DNA of 64,000 bases from Candidatus Gastranaerophilales bacterium (lineage in GTDB: Bacteria > Cyanobacteriota > Vampirovibrionia > Gastranaerophilales > Gastranaerophilaceae). The stretch spans positions 1,679 to 65,678 of the forward strand of contig CALUWD010000010.1 in the NCBI GenBank assembly GCA_944324385.1, read 5' to 3'. Below are positions 37,707-46,807 of the stretch, piece by piece. The notes beneath the pieces were generated by a model that did no database searches, was not told the DNA's origin, and saw nothing but the letters and a program-made list of their open reading frames with translations. The translations under genes were made by a program, and so were the position numbers. Position 1 is the stretch's first letter. Every line of letters starts with the position of its first letter.

Positions 37707-38524
37707 GTTGGGCTTTGCATTTCCTTTAAGAAAATAGATGCACGTGCTAAAATACTTTCCCTAAGCGCAAGAGGATCGCTAATTTGAATATCTAACCTAT
37801 CCATAATTTTTGGGTCAAGAATAGGGTTGGGTATTTTGTTTTGAACCAACCTATCAGCAATGTAAACAATACCACAAGCAACAGGCAGTGATGATTGTAC
37901 AGGATTATGGTGGTACCTAATACAATTGGTTAAAATTACAGGCAACTGCCACTTTTTAGACACTAAAGCCCCTAGGACACAATGATTTGTGCCAAAAAAC
38001 GAATCTTCAACTTCAACTAAATCAGCCTGATTTTGCTGTGCAATATAGCGAACTTTTGAGTATTTGATTGGGTTTTTTGCGTTTAGCAAAATTTTACCTA
38101 TATCATGCAAAAAACCAATTACAAAAGCGTCATCAGGATTTATAACCTTAAATTCTTCAGCAAGCATCTCAGAAGCAATTGCACATTTTGTTGAATGTTC
38201 CCACAATTCACGAGAGCCCTGAGCAGTCATCATCTGTTTTAGTGCAAGACTCATGATAATATTTTTTGCTTTCATCATACCTAAAATTACAAGAGCTTTA
38301 TTTATTGATGTAATTTGTTGATGAAATCCATAATAAGCAGAGTTAACAAGACTTAATGTCTTTGTAGAAATAGCCTGATCTACAGACATTATATTTGCAA
38401 GTTCGCGAATACCGGTCTGAGGATTTTTAATAACCTCAAGTGCGCGCACCATAACATTTGGCATCGGCGGGATGTCTTTAAATTCCTCTACATATTGTTG
38501 TGGGTTAATTCTGTTATTATCCAT
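37703..38524 (-). CDS. HDOD-domain signalling protein
   Basis: The pattern [15 protein letters not shown]...[11 protein letters not shown] is typical of HDOD. It lies 9 nt downstream of ftsX on the same strand. Confidence 0.85.
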   Translation of the reverse strand: MDNNRINPQQYVEEFKDIPPMPNVMVRALEVIKNPQTGIRELANIMSVDQAISTKTLSLVNSAYYGFHQQITSINKALVILGMMKAKNIIMSLALKQMMTAQGSRELWEHSTKCAIASEMLAEEFKVINPDDAFVIGFLHDIGKILLNAKNPIKYSKVRYIAQQNQADLVEVEDSFFGTNHCVLGALVSKKWQLPVILTNCIRYHHNPVQSSLPVACGIVYIADRLVQNKIPNPILDPKIMDRLDIQISDPLALRESILARASIFLKEMQSPT

Positions 38525-38533
38525 TTTAAATTA

Positions 38534-39448
38534 CTATACCTGAAGATGTTTCTTTATACTCATAAAACTACCACCAGCGGAAAACGCTACACCTATTATA
38601 AGAACCGAGAATACTACAAGTCCTTGTGAATAAGAATAAGCAGGCATCATAAAATGCTCATGCATAACTTGCAAGTAACCTTGCACTATGTTAATTGGAA
38701 TTATTGCCACAAGTGCGCCCAAGAAGCCATATATTGCTCCTTGCAATACAAGCGGAGATTTTATATACCAGTTTGACACTCCCATTAAGCGCATAATTTC
38801 AATTTCCTCTTTCCGCGATTGGATAACCAATTCAATTGTATTATTTATAATGGTAATTGTCAAAATACAAGCAATAATTACTACAACAAGTGTAATTGTA
38901 TGACTTATTTTATTAATCATTTGAAATTTTGTAACAAGGTCTTTTGCATAGCTTAAATCCGAGACACCTGAAATTGTCTTAAGCTCCTGCATCACAAGTT
39001 CAATGTTATTTGGGTTATCAACCTTAATGTGCAAAGTATCAGGCAGAGGATTTTGCACATCGGGCATTTCTATTTCACGCTTCAATTCAGCCCAAGAAAC
39101 TTCGCGAGAAATATATTTTACACCCTGCACATGATTAAGTTCTTTAATTTGCTTTACAGTTTGGTTAATATCAGCGTCAGGTTTTAAATATGCTGAAATT
39201 TCAAGCACTGAACCTAGTGCACTCACCATGCTAGACACACTCAGGGTAGTCCTAAATATTGCACCAAAAATTGTTAAAATAGCAGCCATGGTTGTAATGA
39301 TAGCAATATTTATTAGCCCTGCTTGTGCAACACCTTTTATTGTTTCAATTATTATTCTGTAAGTTATTCTAATCTCAGTTAACCAATCTTTTGGCAAATG
39401 AGATTTGACCTTTTGTTTCAATCTGTTTCGACGTGTTCCACTACTCAT
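38534..39448 (-). CDS. ftsX: Cell-division ABC transporter permease FtsX
   Basis: It has 4 TM segments with a large first extracytoplasmic loop. The ATG at 39448 overlaps the ftsE stop (ATGAGTAG). Confidence 0.85.
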   Translation of the reverse strand: MSSGTRRNRLKQKVKSHLPKDWLTEIRITYRIIIETIKGVAQAGLINIAIITTMAAILTIFGAIFRTTLSVSSMVSALGSVLEISAYLKPDADINQTVKQIKELNHVQGVKYISREVSWAELKREIEMPDVQNPLPDTLHIKVDNPNNIELVMQELKTISGVSDLSYAKDLVTKFQMINKISHTITLVVVIIACILTITIINNTIELVIQSRKEEIEIMRLMGVSNWYIKSPLVLQGAIYGFLGALVAIIPINIVQGYLQVMHEHFMMPAYSYSQGLVVFSVLIIGVAFSAGGSFMSIKKHLQV

Positions 39449-40115
39449 AAGTACCTGCCTGAACATCTCTTACAATTTGCCCTTTTTCAAGGGTGACAAC
39501 TCTTTTTCTAAAATAATTTACAATAGCATGATCATGTGTAGAAACAAGTATTGTAATACCTCTTTGATTAACCTGTTCCAATATTTGCATAACTTCCATA
39601 GAGTTTTTAGGGTCAAGGTTTCCTGTTGGCTCATCTGCAATTAAAAGCGGCGGCCCATTTACAATGGCACGCGCTATGCTTACTCTTTGCTGTTCACCAC
39701 CTGAAAGTTCGCAAGGTTTTGATTTGTATTTATCTTCTAACCCAACTACTTTAAGTGCACCATATACACGAGCTTCTATCTCTTTTGAAGACACACCCAT
39801 AGTTCTTATTACATAAGCAATATTGTCATATACGGTATGGTTTTGCAAAAGTTTATAATCTTGAAAGACTATCCCCATACACCTTCTCAAGTTTGGTATT
39901 TTATTTGGCGCAAGATTGTTAATATTAATTCCACCCACTAAAACACTTCCCCTTGTAGGGCGTTCTTCAAGGTACAACATTTTCATAAGAGTTGATTTAC
40001 CAGCGCCAGATGAACCTACAAGGAAAACAAATTCCCCTGGTTTAATGTGCAAATTAACATTATACAATGCAAACTTATTTCTATACTGTTTTATTAAATC
40101 TCTGACAACAATCAT
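39441..40115 (-). CDS. ftsE: Cell-division ABC transporter ATPase FtsE
   Basis: Walker A is GSSGAGKST. The signature is LSGGEQQRVSIARA. Walker B is LLIADEPTGNLD. Confidence 0.92.
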   Translation of the reverse strand: MIVVRDLIKQYRNKFALYNVNLHIKPGEFVFLVGSSGAGKSTLMKMLYLEERPTRGSVLVGGININNLAPNKIPNLRRCMGIVFQDYKLLQNHTVYDNIAYVIRTMGVSSKEIEARVYGALKVVGLEDKYKSKPCELSGGEQQRVSIARAIVNGPPLLIADEPTGNLDPKNSMEVMQILEQVNQRGITILVSTHDHAIVNYFRKRVVTLEKGQIVRDVQAGTYE

Positions 40116-41068
40116 TTTAATTCCAAATATCTGCCTATAGTTTCACATAATTTTTTATCAGTTAAACCGTAAAAATCAAGCAATGCACGCTGTTCGCCGC
40201 TTTGACCAAAGCAATCAGGAGTACCTATTCTAAGAACCCTTGTTGGCAAATTTTGACTAAGTACTTCACAAACAGCACTGCCTAAACCGCCAATTATACT
40301 GTGGTTTTCGACTGTCACTACAACTCCTGTTTTCTTTGCGCTTTCTATTACATCACCTCCAGCCAAAAATGGCTTTATAACTGGGGTATGCAACACTTCA
40401 GCACTTATTCCCTTATCTTTTAACATTTGAGCGCAACTAATTACCTCACAAAGCATTTCCCCATTTGTAACAATTGTCACATCAGATCCTTCGCAAATTT
40501 TAACCGCACGCTCAGGAGTAAATTTGTATTCATTTTCATCAAACACAGTTTTTAGATTTGTTCTTGCAATACGAATGTAAACAGGCCCGTATATTTCGCT
40601 TGCATACTTTATGACTTGCTTAACTTCGTTGTAATCCGCAGGCACAATAACACACATGTCAGGTATTGAGCGCATATAAGAAATATCTTCTAACGCTTGG
40701 TGGGATGCACCATCTTCACCCACAGTAACACCACCATGAGTTGCGACAATCTTTACATTTAATCTTGGATAACAAATTGAATTTCTTATTTGATCCAAGC
40801 ATCTTGCTGTTGCAAACATTGCAAAGGTACTAACAAATGGTATTTTTCCTTCTGTTGCAAGACCTGCTGCAGTACACATCATATCCTGCTCTGCAATTCC
40901 TGAATTAAAAAATCTATCAGGATATGCCTTATGGAATTTACATGTTTGAGTAGAACATGACAAATCTGCATCAAGTGCAACTATATTTTTGTTAATTGCA
41001 CCTAATTCAACCAGTGCTTCGCCATAAGCATTTCTGGGGGATTTTATTTCGAGTGTTTTTTTAAGCAT
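40112..41068 (-). CDS. Transketolase, C-terminal (pyrimidine-binding) subunit
   Basis: This is a split transketolase, with FNSGIAEQDM and HGGVTVGEDGASHQ motifs. Confidence 0.9.
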   Translation of the reverse strand: MLKKTLEIKSPRNAYGEALVELGAINKNIVALDADLSCSTQTCKFHKAYPDRFFNSGIAEQDMMCTAAGLATEGKIPFVSTFAMFATARCLDQIRNSICYPRLNVKIVATHGGVTVGEDGASHQALEDISYMRSIPDMCVIVPADYNEVKQVIKYASEIYGPVYIRIARTNLKTVFDENEYKFTPERAVKICEGSDVTIVTNGEMLCEVISCAQMLKDKGISAEVLHTPVIKPFLAGGDVIESAKKTGVVVTVENHSIIGGLGSAVCEVLSQNLPTRVLRIGTPDCFGQSGEQRALLDFYGLTDKKLCETIGRYLELK

Positions 41069-41876
41069 TTAATTCCTCCAGTGCAAGTTTTAATTCATCA
41101 TCATTTGGCGCTTTACCATGCCAGCCTGCATTATTTTCCATAAAAGAAACACCCTTACCTTTAATTGTATTTGCAATAACAGCAAAAGGTTTAGTTGATT
41201 TTTTAGCCTCAATAAAAGCGTTTTCGAGTTCATTTTCATTGTGACCGTCAACCTCAACAACATCCCAACCAAAAGCCTCGAGCTTCTTATCAAGTGGTTC
41301 TAAAGACTTAACGTCGTCGGTATTGCCATCAATCTGAAGTTTATTTTTATCAATTACAATAATTAAATTATTTAACTTTTTATGACTAGCACTCATAAGT
41401 GCTTCCCATACACTACCTTCTTGCATTTCGCCATCACCCAGAAGTGCATATACTTTTGAATTGCTATTATTTAACTTAAGCGCAAGTGCAACACCAACAG
41501 CAATCGATAACCCTTGCCCCAAAGAACCGGTAGAAACTTCAATACCTTCAAGAGCACTGCGGGTGGAAGGGTGTCCTTGTAATCTTGAGCCAAGCTTCCT
41601 AAAACTCAAAAGTTCATCAACAGGAAAAAAGCCTTTTTGAGCAAGAACAGCATACAATGCTGCACTAGCATGACCCTTGGATAAAATAAACCTGTCACGC
41701 TTTTCAAACTCGGGGGAGTTTTTCCATTCTTTTGGAACAAACATGATTTTATTGTACAAAACACTTAAAATCTCAACACAAGAAAGAGATCCACCAGGAT
41801 GGCCAGATCTGGCAGCATGTATCATTTTTAAAATGTTGCACCTTACACTACTGTTAAATTTTTCCAATTGCACCAA
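41061..41876 (-). CDS. Transketolase, N-terminal (TPP-binding) subunit
   Basis: GHPGGSLS, SKGHA and GDGEMQEGSVWEA motifs are present. It overlaps the C-terminal subunit gene by 8 nt. Confidence 0.9.
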   Translation of the reverse strand: MVQLEKFNSSVRCNILKMIHAARSGHPGGSLSCVEILSVLYNKIMFVPKEWKNSPEFEKRDRFILSKGHASAALYAVLAQKGFFPVDELLSFRKLGSRLQGHPSTRSALEGIEVSTGSLGQGLSIAVGVALALKLNNSNSKVYALLGDGEMQEGSVWEALMSASHKKLNNLIIVIDKNKLQIDGNTDDVKSLEPLDKKLEAFGWDVVEVDGHNENELENAFIEAKKSTKPFAVIANTIKGKGVSFMENNAGWHGKAPNDDELKLALEELNA

Positions 41877-41896
41877 GACCTCAATAAACTGTCAGA

Positions 41897-42622
41897 TTAC
41901 TTTTTTACACTATCTATTATACTCTTAAACAGGAATATTGGCAAAGTTGGAAATATACGTTTAAATCTTTCGGGCTGCTTTATAACCCTGTAAAGCCACT
42001 CAAGACCAAGCCTTTGCCAAATTAATGGCGCCCTTTTAACATACCCAGCAAATACGTCGAAACTGCCACCCACACCAATCATTACACACCCTTGTAACAT
42101 TTCTTTTAATCTGTAAATAATAAACTCCTGTTTGGGTGAACCTAGGGCACACAATAAAACTTGCGGTTGTGCAGCTTTAATATCAGCTAATAGAGCATTT
42201 TCATCAGAAAAATACCCGTTATGCGCAAATACAATGTTAATATCTTCATGCTCTTTTTTTAATTTTGAAACAAGTGTTTGAATAACTTCTTCTTTAGCAC
42301 CCAAAAGCCCTAATCTAAGATTTGCAGTAGCACACATTTGAATAAGTGAGCGCGAAAAATCAACCCCGCCGATTCTTTCTTGATTAACACCCTTGAGTTT
42401 TAAAGCAATTTTGATTCCCACGCCATCTGCCACAACTAGCTCAGCATGTCTTATTACGTTTGCAAAATCCTTATTTTTCTTTGCGCATTGAATCATTTCA
42501 GGATTTATAGTAACAATTTGGATATTTTCGCCATTATCTATCGCACTGACTACAAAATCCAGAGCAGACTTATAGCTAATAACATCAACAGGAAAACCTT
42601 GTATAGAAACTCTCTTTTTCAT
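41897..42622 (-). CDS. WecB/TagA/CpsF-family glycosyltransferase
   Basis: The family pattern is present (INPEMI, VADGVGI, GLLGAKEEV, GSPKQE). The size is about 240 aa. Confidence 0.85.
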   Translation of the reverse strand: MKKRVSIQGFPVDVISYKSALDFVVSAIDNGENIQIVTINPEMIQCAKKNKDFANVIRHAELVVADGVGIKIALKLKGVNQERIGGVDFSRSLIQMCATANLRLGLLGAKEEVIQTLVSKLKKEHEDINIVFAHNGYFSDENALLADIKAAQPQVLLCALGSPKQEFIIYRLKEMLQGCVMIGVGGSFDVFAGYVKRAPLIWQRLGLEWLYRVIKQPERFKRIFPTLPIFLFKSIIDSVKK

Positions 42623-42719
42623 AGAAGTATAATATCACAAAATTTTTATATATTTTTAACTTGAATAATTAAAGTATTTTAAATAGAATATTTTTAAATA
42701 GATTATACGGGTAAAACAA

Positions 42720-43733
42720 ATGCAAAATAAGGAATTCGGGGAAAAATTTGTAGCAGTAGTAGGTTGTGGTATATGGGGCAGAAATATTGTAAGAAATTTT
42801 TACAATCTAAAAGCACTGCATACAGTATGCGACATTGACGATGAAAATCTTAAAATGGTTGAGGCACAATACGATGGAACTCATACAACAAAAAACTTTG
42901 ATGAGGTACTACTAAATCCTGAAATCAAAGCTATTTGCGTTGTTACACCTAGTCACACTCACTTTAATTTAGTAAAAAAAGCCCTTGAAGCAGGCAAGCA
43001 TGTTTATGTTGAAAAACCAATTTCAACAGTGGCAGATGAAGCAAAAAAATTAAAAGAGCTGGCTGATGAAAAAGGTTTGATATTAATGGTTGGCCATCTG
43101 CTTTTATACCACCCAGCTGTAAACAGGCTTAAAATGCTTATTCAAGAAGGTGTTTTGGGCAATATTAAATACGTGCAAAGCGACAGACTAAATATAAATT
43201 ATTTTAAAAACGACAGAAGTGTTATGTGGGATTTAGCACCCCATGATGTTTCAATGATAGCGCATGTTCTAGGTTTAGACCCAATAAAAGTACTAAATGC
43301 AACAGGATGCTGTGCAGAATATGAAAACATTTTTGATATTACGCATCTAACAATTCAGTTTGAAAAAGGAATAATAGCTCATGTCAGTGACAGCTGGATA
43401 CATCCGCAAAAGCGTGTTACATTGCTTGTTAGAGGAGACAAAGCAACTGCAATTTTAGATGACACTTTGCTTGAAAACAAATTGCAAATTTTTGACAACA
43501 AAACTCCTGCACAACAAAGCATAGAAATTTTTGACTATCTTGAAATTGAACCGCTTAAACTTGAGTGTCAACACTTTATCAAAAGTATTGAAACAGGCAA
43601 AAAACCACGTTCTGACGGTGAAAACGGTTTTATGATTACAAAAATTCTCGAAGACGCTGAAGACATTATGCTTGGAAATAAAAAAGCTGAACTAGACAAA
43701 GTTGACTTTTTACTCTCGCGTTCAAAAAGGTAG
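42720..43733 (+). CDS. Gfo/Idh/MocA-family oxidoreductase
   Basis: The N-terminal Rossmann motif is VGCGIWGRN. The EKP motif (VYVEKPIS) is present. Confidence 0.85.
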   Translation: MQNKEFGEKFVAVVGCGIWGRNIVRNFYNLKALHTVCDIDDENLKMVEAQYDGTHTTKNFDEVLLNPEIKAICVVTPSHTHFNLVKKALEAGKHVYVEKPISTVADEAKKLKELADEKGLILMVGHLLLYHPAVNRLKMLIQEGVLGNIKYVQSDRLNINYFKNDRSVMWDLAPHDVSMIAHVLGLDPIKVLNATGCCAEYENIFDITHLTIQFEKGIIAHVSDSWIHPQKRVTLLVRGDKATAILDDTLLENKLQIFDNKTPAQQSIEIFDYLEIEPLKLECQHFIKSIETGKKPRSDGENGFMITKILEDAEDIMLGNKKAELDKVDFLLSRSKR

Positions 43734-44552
43734 TTAGCCAAGCGCTTTAGCTTTTTCCATAGTATCTTTTATAGTTTTATCAAGAATTTGTTCTAAATCC
43801 GAATTTTTAAGAACGTCATTACCAACAGCAGTACAACCCCCAGGAGTTGTAACTGCAGTTATGAGTTCATCAGGCGTTTGCACACCTTCTAACATCATCT
43901 TAGCCGAACCCAAGGCAGTTTGAGCAGACAATGTAAGACATGTATTATAATCAAGTCCTAATTTTTCACCCGCACGCGCAATTAAGTCAATAATGTAATA
44001 ATAAAACGCTGGCCCTGAGCCTGAAATCGCAGTAACTATATCAATTTCTTTTTCATCAACTCTTGCAGTGCGACCTATATTTTTAAGCATGGATTCTACA
44101 AAGTCTAAATCAGAACCCTGCGCCAATGAGCCACCGCACAATGCGCACATGCCTTCTTTTACAAAAGCAGGGGTATTGGGCATGACTCTAACCACTTTTG
44201 TACCTTTAAGCATGCTTTCAATTTTTGAAGTTGTAACGCCTGCCAAAATAGAAACAACAAGTTTACCCTGGGTTTTGCCCTCTAATTCTTTTAGCACATC
44301 AGCAATTACAAACGGTTTAGTTGCAATTAAAACTACATCAACCAACCTTGCAAGCTCATCAATAGATTTAACTATATTAATATTAAAATTTTCCTTTGCA
44401 CAGCTAAGAGCATTATCATTTATGTCATAAGCAAAAATATTTTCAGATGGCGCAAATTCGCTTTTTACAATACCCCCGATTATTGCTGAAGCCATTTTAC
44501 CAGCTCCTATAAAACCGATTTTTTTATCTGTTTTGGAAATATTGTTACTCAT
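43734..44552 (-). CDS. proC: Pyrroline-5-carboxylate reductase
   Basis: IGFIGAGKMA, MPNTP and TTPGGCT motifs are present. Confidence 0.92.
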   Translation of the reverse strand: MSNNISKTDKKIGFIGAGKMASAIIGGIVKSEFAPSENIFAYDINDNALSCAKENFNINIVKSIDELARLVDVVLIATKPFVIADVLKELEGKTQGKLVVSILAGVTTSKIESMLKGTKVVRVMPNTPAFVKEGMCALCGGSLAQGSDLDFVESMLKNIGRTARVDEKEIDIVTAISGSGPAFYYYIIDLIARAGEKLGLDYNTCLTLSAQTALGSAKMMLEGVQTPDELITAVTTPGGCTAVGNDVLKNSDLEQILDKTIKDTMEKAKALG

Positions 44553-44555
44553 AAG

Positions 44556-44584
44556 TTGACACCCCGCTATGTTTTACTTAGTAT
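44556..44584 (+). promoter_or_regulatory. Putative sigma70-type promoter of rpmH-rnpA
   Basis: TTGACA (44556-44561), a 17 nt spacer, then TAGTAT (44579-44584). It lies about 40 nt upstream of the rpmH ATG. Pattern match only. Confidence 0.35.
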
Positions 44585-44625
44585 AGTTAATACTGATAAT
44601 AAAATAAAGTCAAGGAGAAAATATA

Positions 44626-44778
44626 ATGCGCAGAACATTAGAAGGCACAAAAAGAAAAAGACAAAATGTCAGCGGCTTTCGCGCAAGAATGGCAACACCC
44701 GGTGGCAGAGGTGTTATCAACAGACGTCGTGCTAAAGGTCGTCACAAATTGGCAATAACAGCTAAAAATCGTGCTTAA
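44626..44778 (+). CDS. rpmH: 50S ribosomal protein L34 (50 aa; absent from the supplied ORF track because it is shorter than 60 aa)
   Basis: My own translation is [50 protein letters not shown]. An AAGGAG RBS lies 9 nt upstream. The gene is followed by rnpA, as in the canonical arrangement. Confidence 0.9.
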   Translation: MRRTLEGTKRKRQNVSGFRARMATPGGRGVINRRRAKGRHKLAITAKNRA

Positions 44779-45139
44779 TAAAAACGAAAGACTCACCAAC
44801 CGCAGTGCGTTCATTGCAACATATAATCAAAGAAGAATAGTTTCGGATGAAAATTTTGTTTTATATGGCGGTAAAAATAAAATTGAACAAAACTACCCCA
44901 CAAGGGTAGGTTTTGTTGTGAGCAAGAAAATACACAAGCGTGCAGTAAAAAGAAATAAAATAAAAAGATTAGCAAGAGAATCATATAGAATATTACAAAA
45001 AAATGGACAAATTCAACAGGCAAGCAACTTTCATAGCTTAATTTTTGTGGCCAAAGAAGGCGCATTGTGTCAAAATTATAAAGAAATATGTTCAAGTGTT
45101 AAGAATTTAATTCAAATTTTAGCAATAAAATATCTTTAG
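44771..45139 (+). CDS. rnpA: Ribonuclease P protein component
   Basis: The motif is [30 protein letters not shown] start overlaps the rpmH 3' end by 8 nt. Confidence 0.88.
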   Translation: MLNKNERLTNRSAFIATYNQRRIVSDENFVLYGGKNKIEQNYPTRVGFVVSKKIHKRAVKRNKIKRLARESYRILQKNGQIQQASNFHSLIFVAKEGALCQNYKEICSSVKNLIQILAIKYL

Positions 45140-45157
45140 AGTTATTATAATATTTAC

Positions 45158-46024
45158 ATGAACGCTTTAATTAGAGATTTAGTTGAAAACAAAGAAACAG
45201 AAAAAATTCAAAAGCCAAACTTCGACACAAGAATTGGCAGAGAATTTCTCGCGTTTTATTTAAAAACAAAATTTAAACAAATAATAAATTACGACAAAAA
45301 AGCCAAAAAAAATCTTTTTCTGCAAGTAAAAGCAGATTTTATGGAAAACTTTTTAGACAGGCTTATAAACAACCCTAAGAGAAAAATTTTGATTTCTATA
45401 ACAGGGGAATCGGCAAGCGGCAAGTCTACAATTTGCAGCCAAATTCAAAAGTGTATAGAAAAAAATAATTTGCCCATTTCAATTGTAAATACAGATAATT
45501 ATTTTAATGATATTTCAGATTTAATAAAAAAATACGGTACATTTGATGCCTTAAGAGATGCAGGTTATGATGTAGATTCCCCGCTTAATTTTCAACTCGA
45601 CCTACTAAGAAGCGATATTGAAAAATTGGCATGCGGAGAAGATGTCAAAATTCCCCAGTATTTGGTAAATGGAACAGGAGTAAGCATTCCTGAAGCAATA
45701 GAAATAAAAAGTAAAAAAATAATTGTAGTTGAGGGCATGGCAGCAACCTATAAAGAAGTTCATGACATGTTCGACATTAAAATCTATATTGATTTAAACA
45801 ACAATACAAGAAAAAGACGCTTTTTAGAGCGAGCAAAAGTAAGAAATCAAGATCATGAAAACGCGCTTAAGCACTGGGAATACGTTTGCGCTGCAGGTAA
45901 AAAATATGTCATGCCTGCAAAAGAAAATTGCGATATTATTGCAAATGGTGAATGCAACTTAGAATACTTTACTCAAATTCTGGAATATATCAATCTTATT
46001 ACAAATAATTTTTGCGAAGTATAG
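45158..46024 (+). CDS. Phosphoribulokinase/uridine-kinase-family P-loop kinase with an ~80 aa N-terminal extension
   Basis: The P-loop is ISITGESASGKST. The pattern NTDNYF...IIVVEGM...IYID is typical of the Udk/PRK family. Confidence 0.7.
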   Translation: MNALIRDLVENKETEKIQKPNFDTRIGREFLAFYLKTKFKQIINYDKKAKKNLFLQVKADFMENFLDRLINNPKRKILISITGESASGKSTICSQIQKCIEKNNLPISIVNTDNYFNDISDLIKKYGTFDALRDAGYDVDSPLNFQLDLLRSDIEKLACGEDVKIPQYLVNGTGVSIPEAIEIKSKKIIVVEGMAATYKEVHDMFDIKIYIDLNNNTRKRRFLERAKVRNQDHENALKHWEYVCAAGKKYVMPAKENCDIIANGECNLEYFTQILEYINLITNNFCEV

Positions 46025-46520
46025 AAATTAACTCATTGGCTTGATTTTTAAGATTTTCATAGTCTGAATTATTGTCTACAATTGCATCCCAAGCATTATA
46101 ATTATCAAGCGCAGTTTCTGTTTCATCATCAGCATTTGTAATAGTTGCACGTTTAGAGCGATTTTCAAAACTTGCCTCTACCCTAACAGCAAATGCACCA
46201 TGTTTTTTAAAAAGTTCAATCTCATGCTCAACCCTAACATCAGGTACAATGACATTCTCATCAAGTTCAATAATGCTTTTTAGCCAATAGTCAGGATCTT
46301 GAGCACGACCCCAATTTCCAAGCTTTATCAAATCAGCACGATACAAATGTTTATTTTTTTCAATATCATCAAATGTCAAATTATTTTCATTTGCATAGTG
46401 CAATTTTATAGCATCACCAATACCAATACGCCTAAAATCCTTTAGTTCCTCAAGCAAAAGTTTTGCCAGAGTATCTTTTCCACAGTATTGTTTACCCGAA
46501 ATCACAATCATTTTTTTCAT
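45999..46520 (-). CDS. P-loop kinase homologous to animal-type phosphomevalonate kinase (PF04275-like); substrate unknown
   Basis: It is block-wise collinear with my recollection of human PMVK (SGKxxxGKD, RxDxIxxGxxxRxxDPxxW/F, VRV, DDxExExxLDN). The ATG at 46520 (MKKMIVISGK) is preferred over the TTG at 46622. Confidence 0.6.
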   Translation of the reverse strand: MKKMIVISGKQYCGKDTLAKLLLEELKDFRRIGIGDAIKLHYANENNLTFDDIEKNKHLYRADLIKLGNWGRAQDPDYWLKSIIELDENVIVPDVRVEHEIELFKKHGAFAVRVEASFENRSKRATITNADDETETALDNYNAWDAIVDNNSDYENLKNQANELISILRKNYL

Positions 46521-46807
46521 AGAAAGATTATAAATCACATGCAGAAATTCCGCAATTAAACCTTGCGGAACTGCACTCATCCTCTTAAATAATCTCAATA
46601 TTGCTATAAATTTACTAACCAAATAATATATAACTTATATATCATATAAAACATTTTATGGGATAAAAATTCAAAGAGTATATACTTTTGTTACATAGCT
46701 TAATAAATTCTAAATAAAAAAGCAATTTCTATAAAAAAAATTTTTTTATAAAAGAGTAAAGAGAGAAAATTCAATTTACACGAGGTAATTACAAAGGAGA
46801 GTCAGTC

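Noticed and set aside
44811-45095. A 94 aa minus-strand ORF opposite rnpA.
   Set aside because: It lies entirely within rnpA, which has a clear family signature and the canonical rpmH linkage. It is a shadow ORF.
46521-46622. The N-terminal extension of the PMK-like ORF as listed in the track (start at 46622).
   Set aside because: That start is a TTG with no SD. The extension (MVSKFIAILRLFKRMSAVPQGL…) has no counterpart in the kinase family, whose P-loop begins within about 10-15 residues of the N-terminus. The internal ATG at 46580 has GAGG directly abutting it, which is the wrong spacing. I therefore annotated the ATG at 46520, while noting that this start has no SD either.
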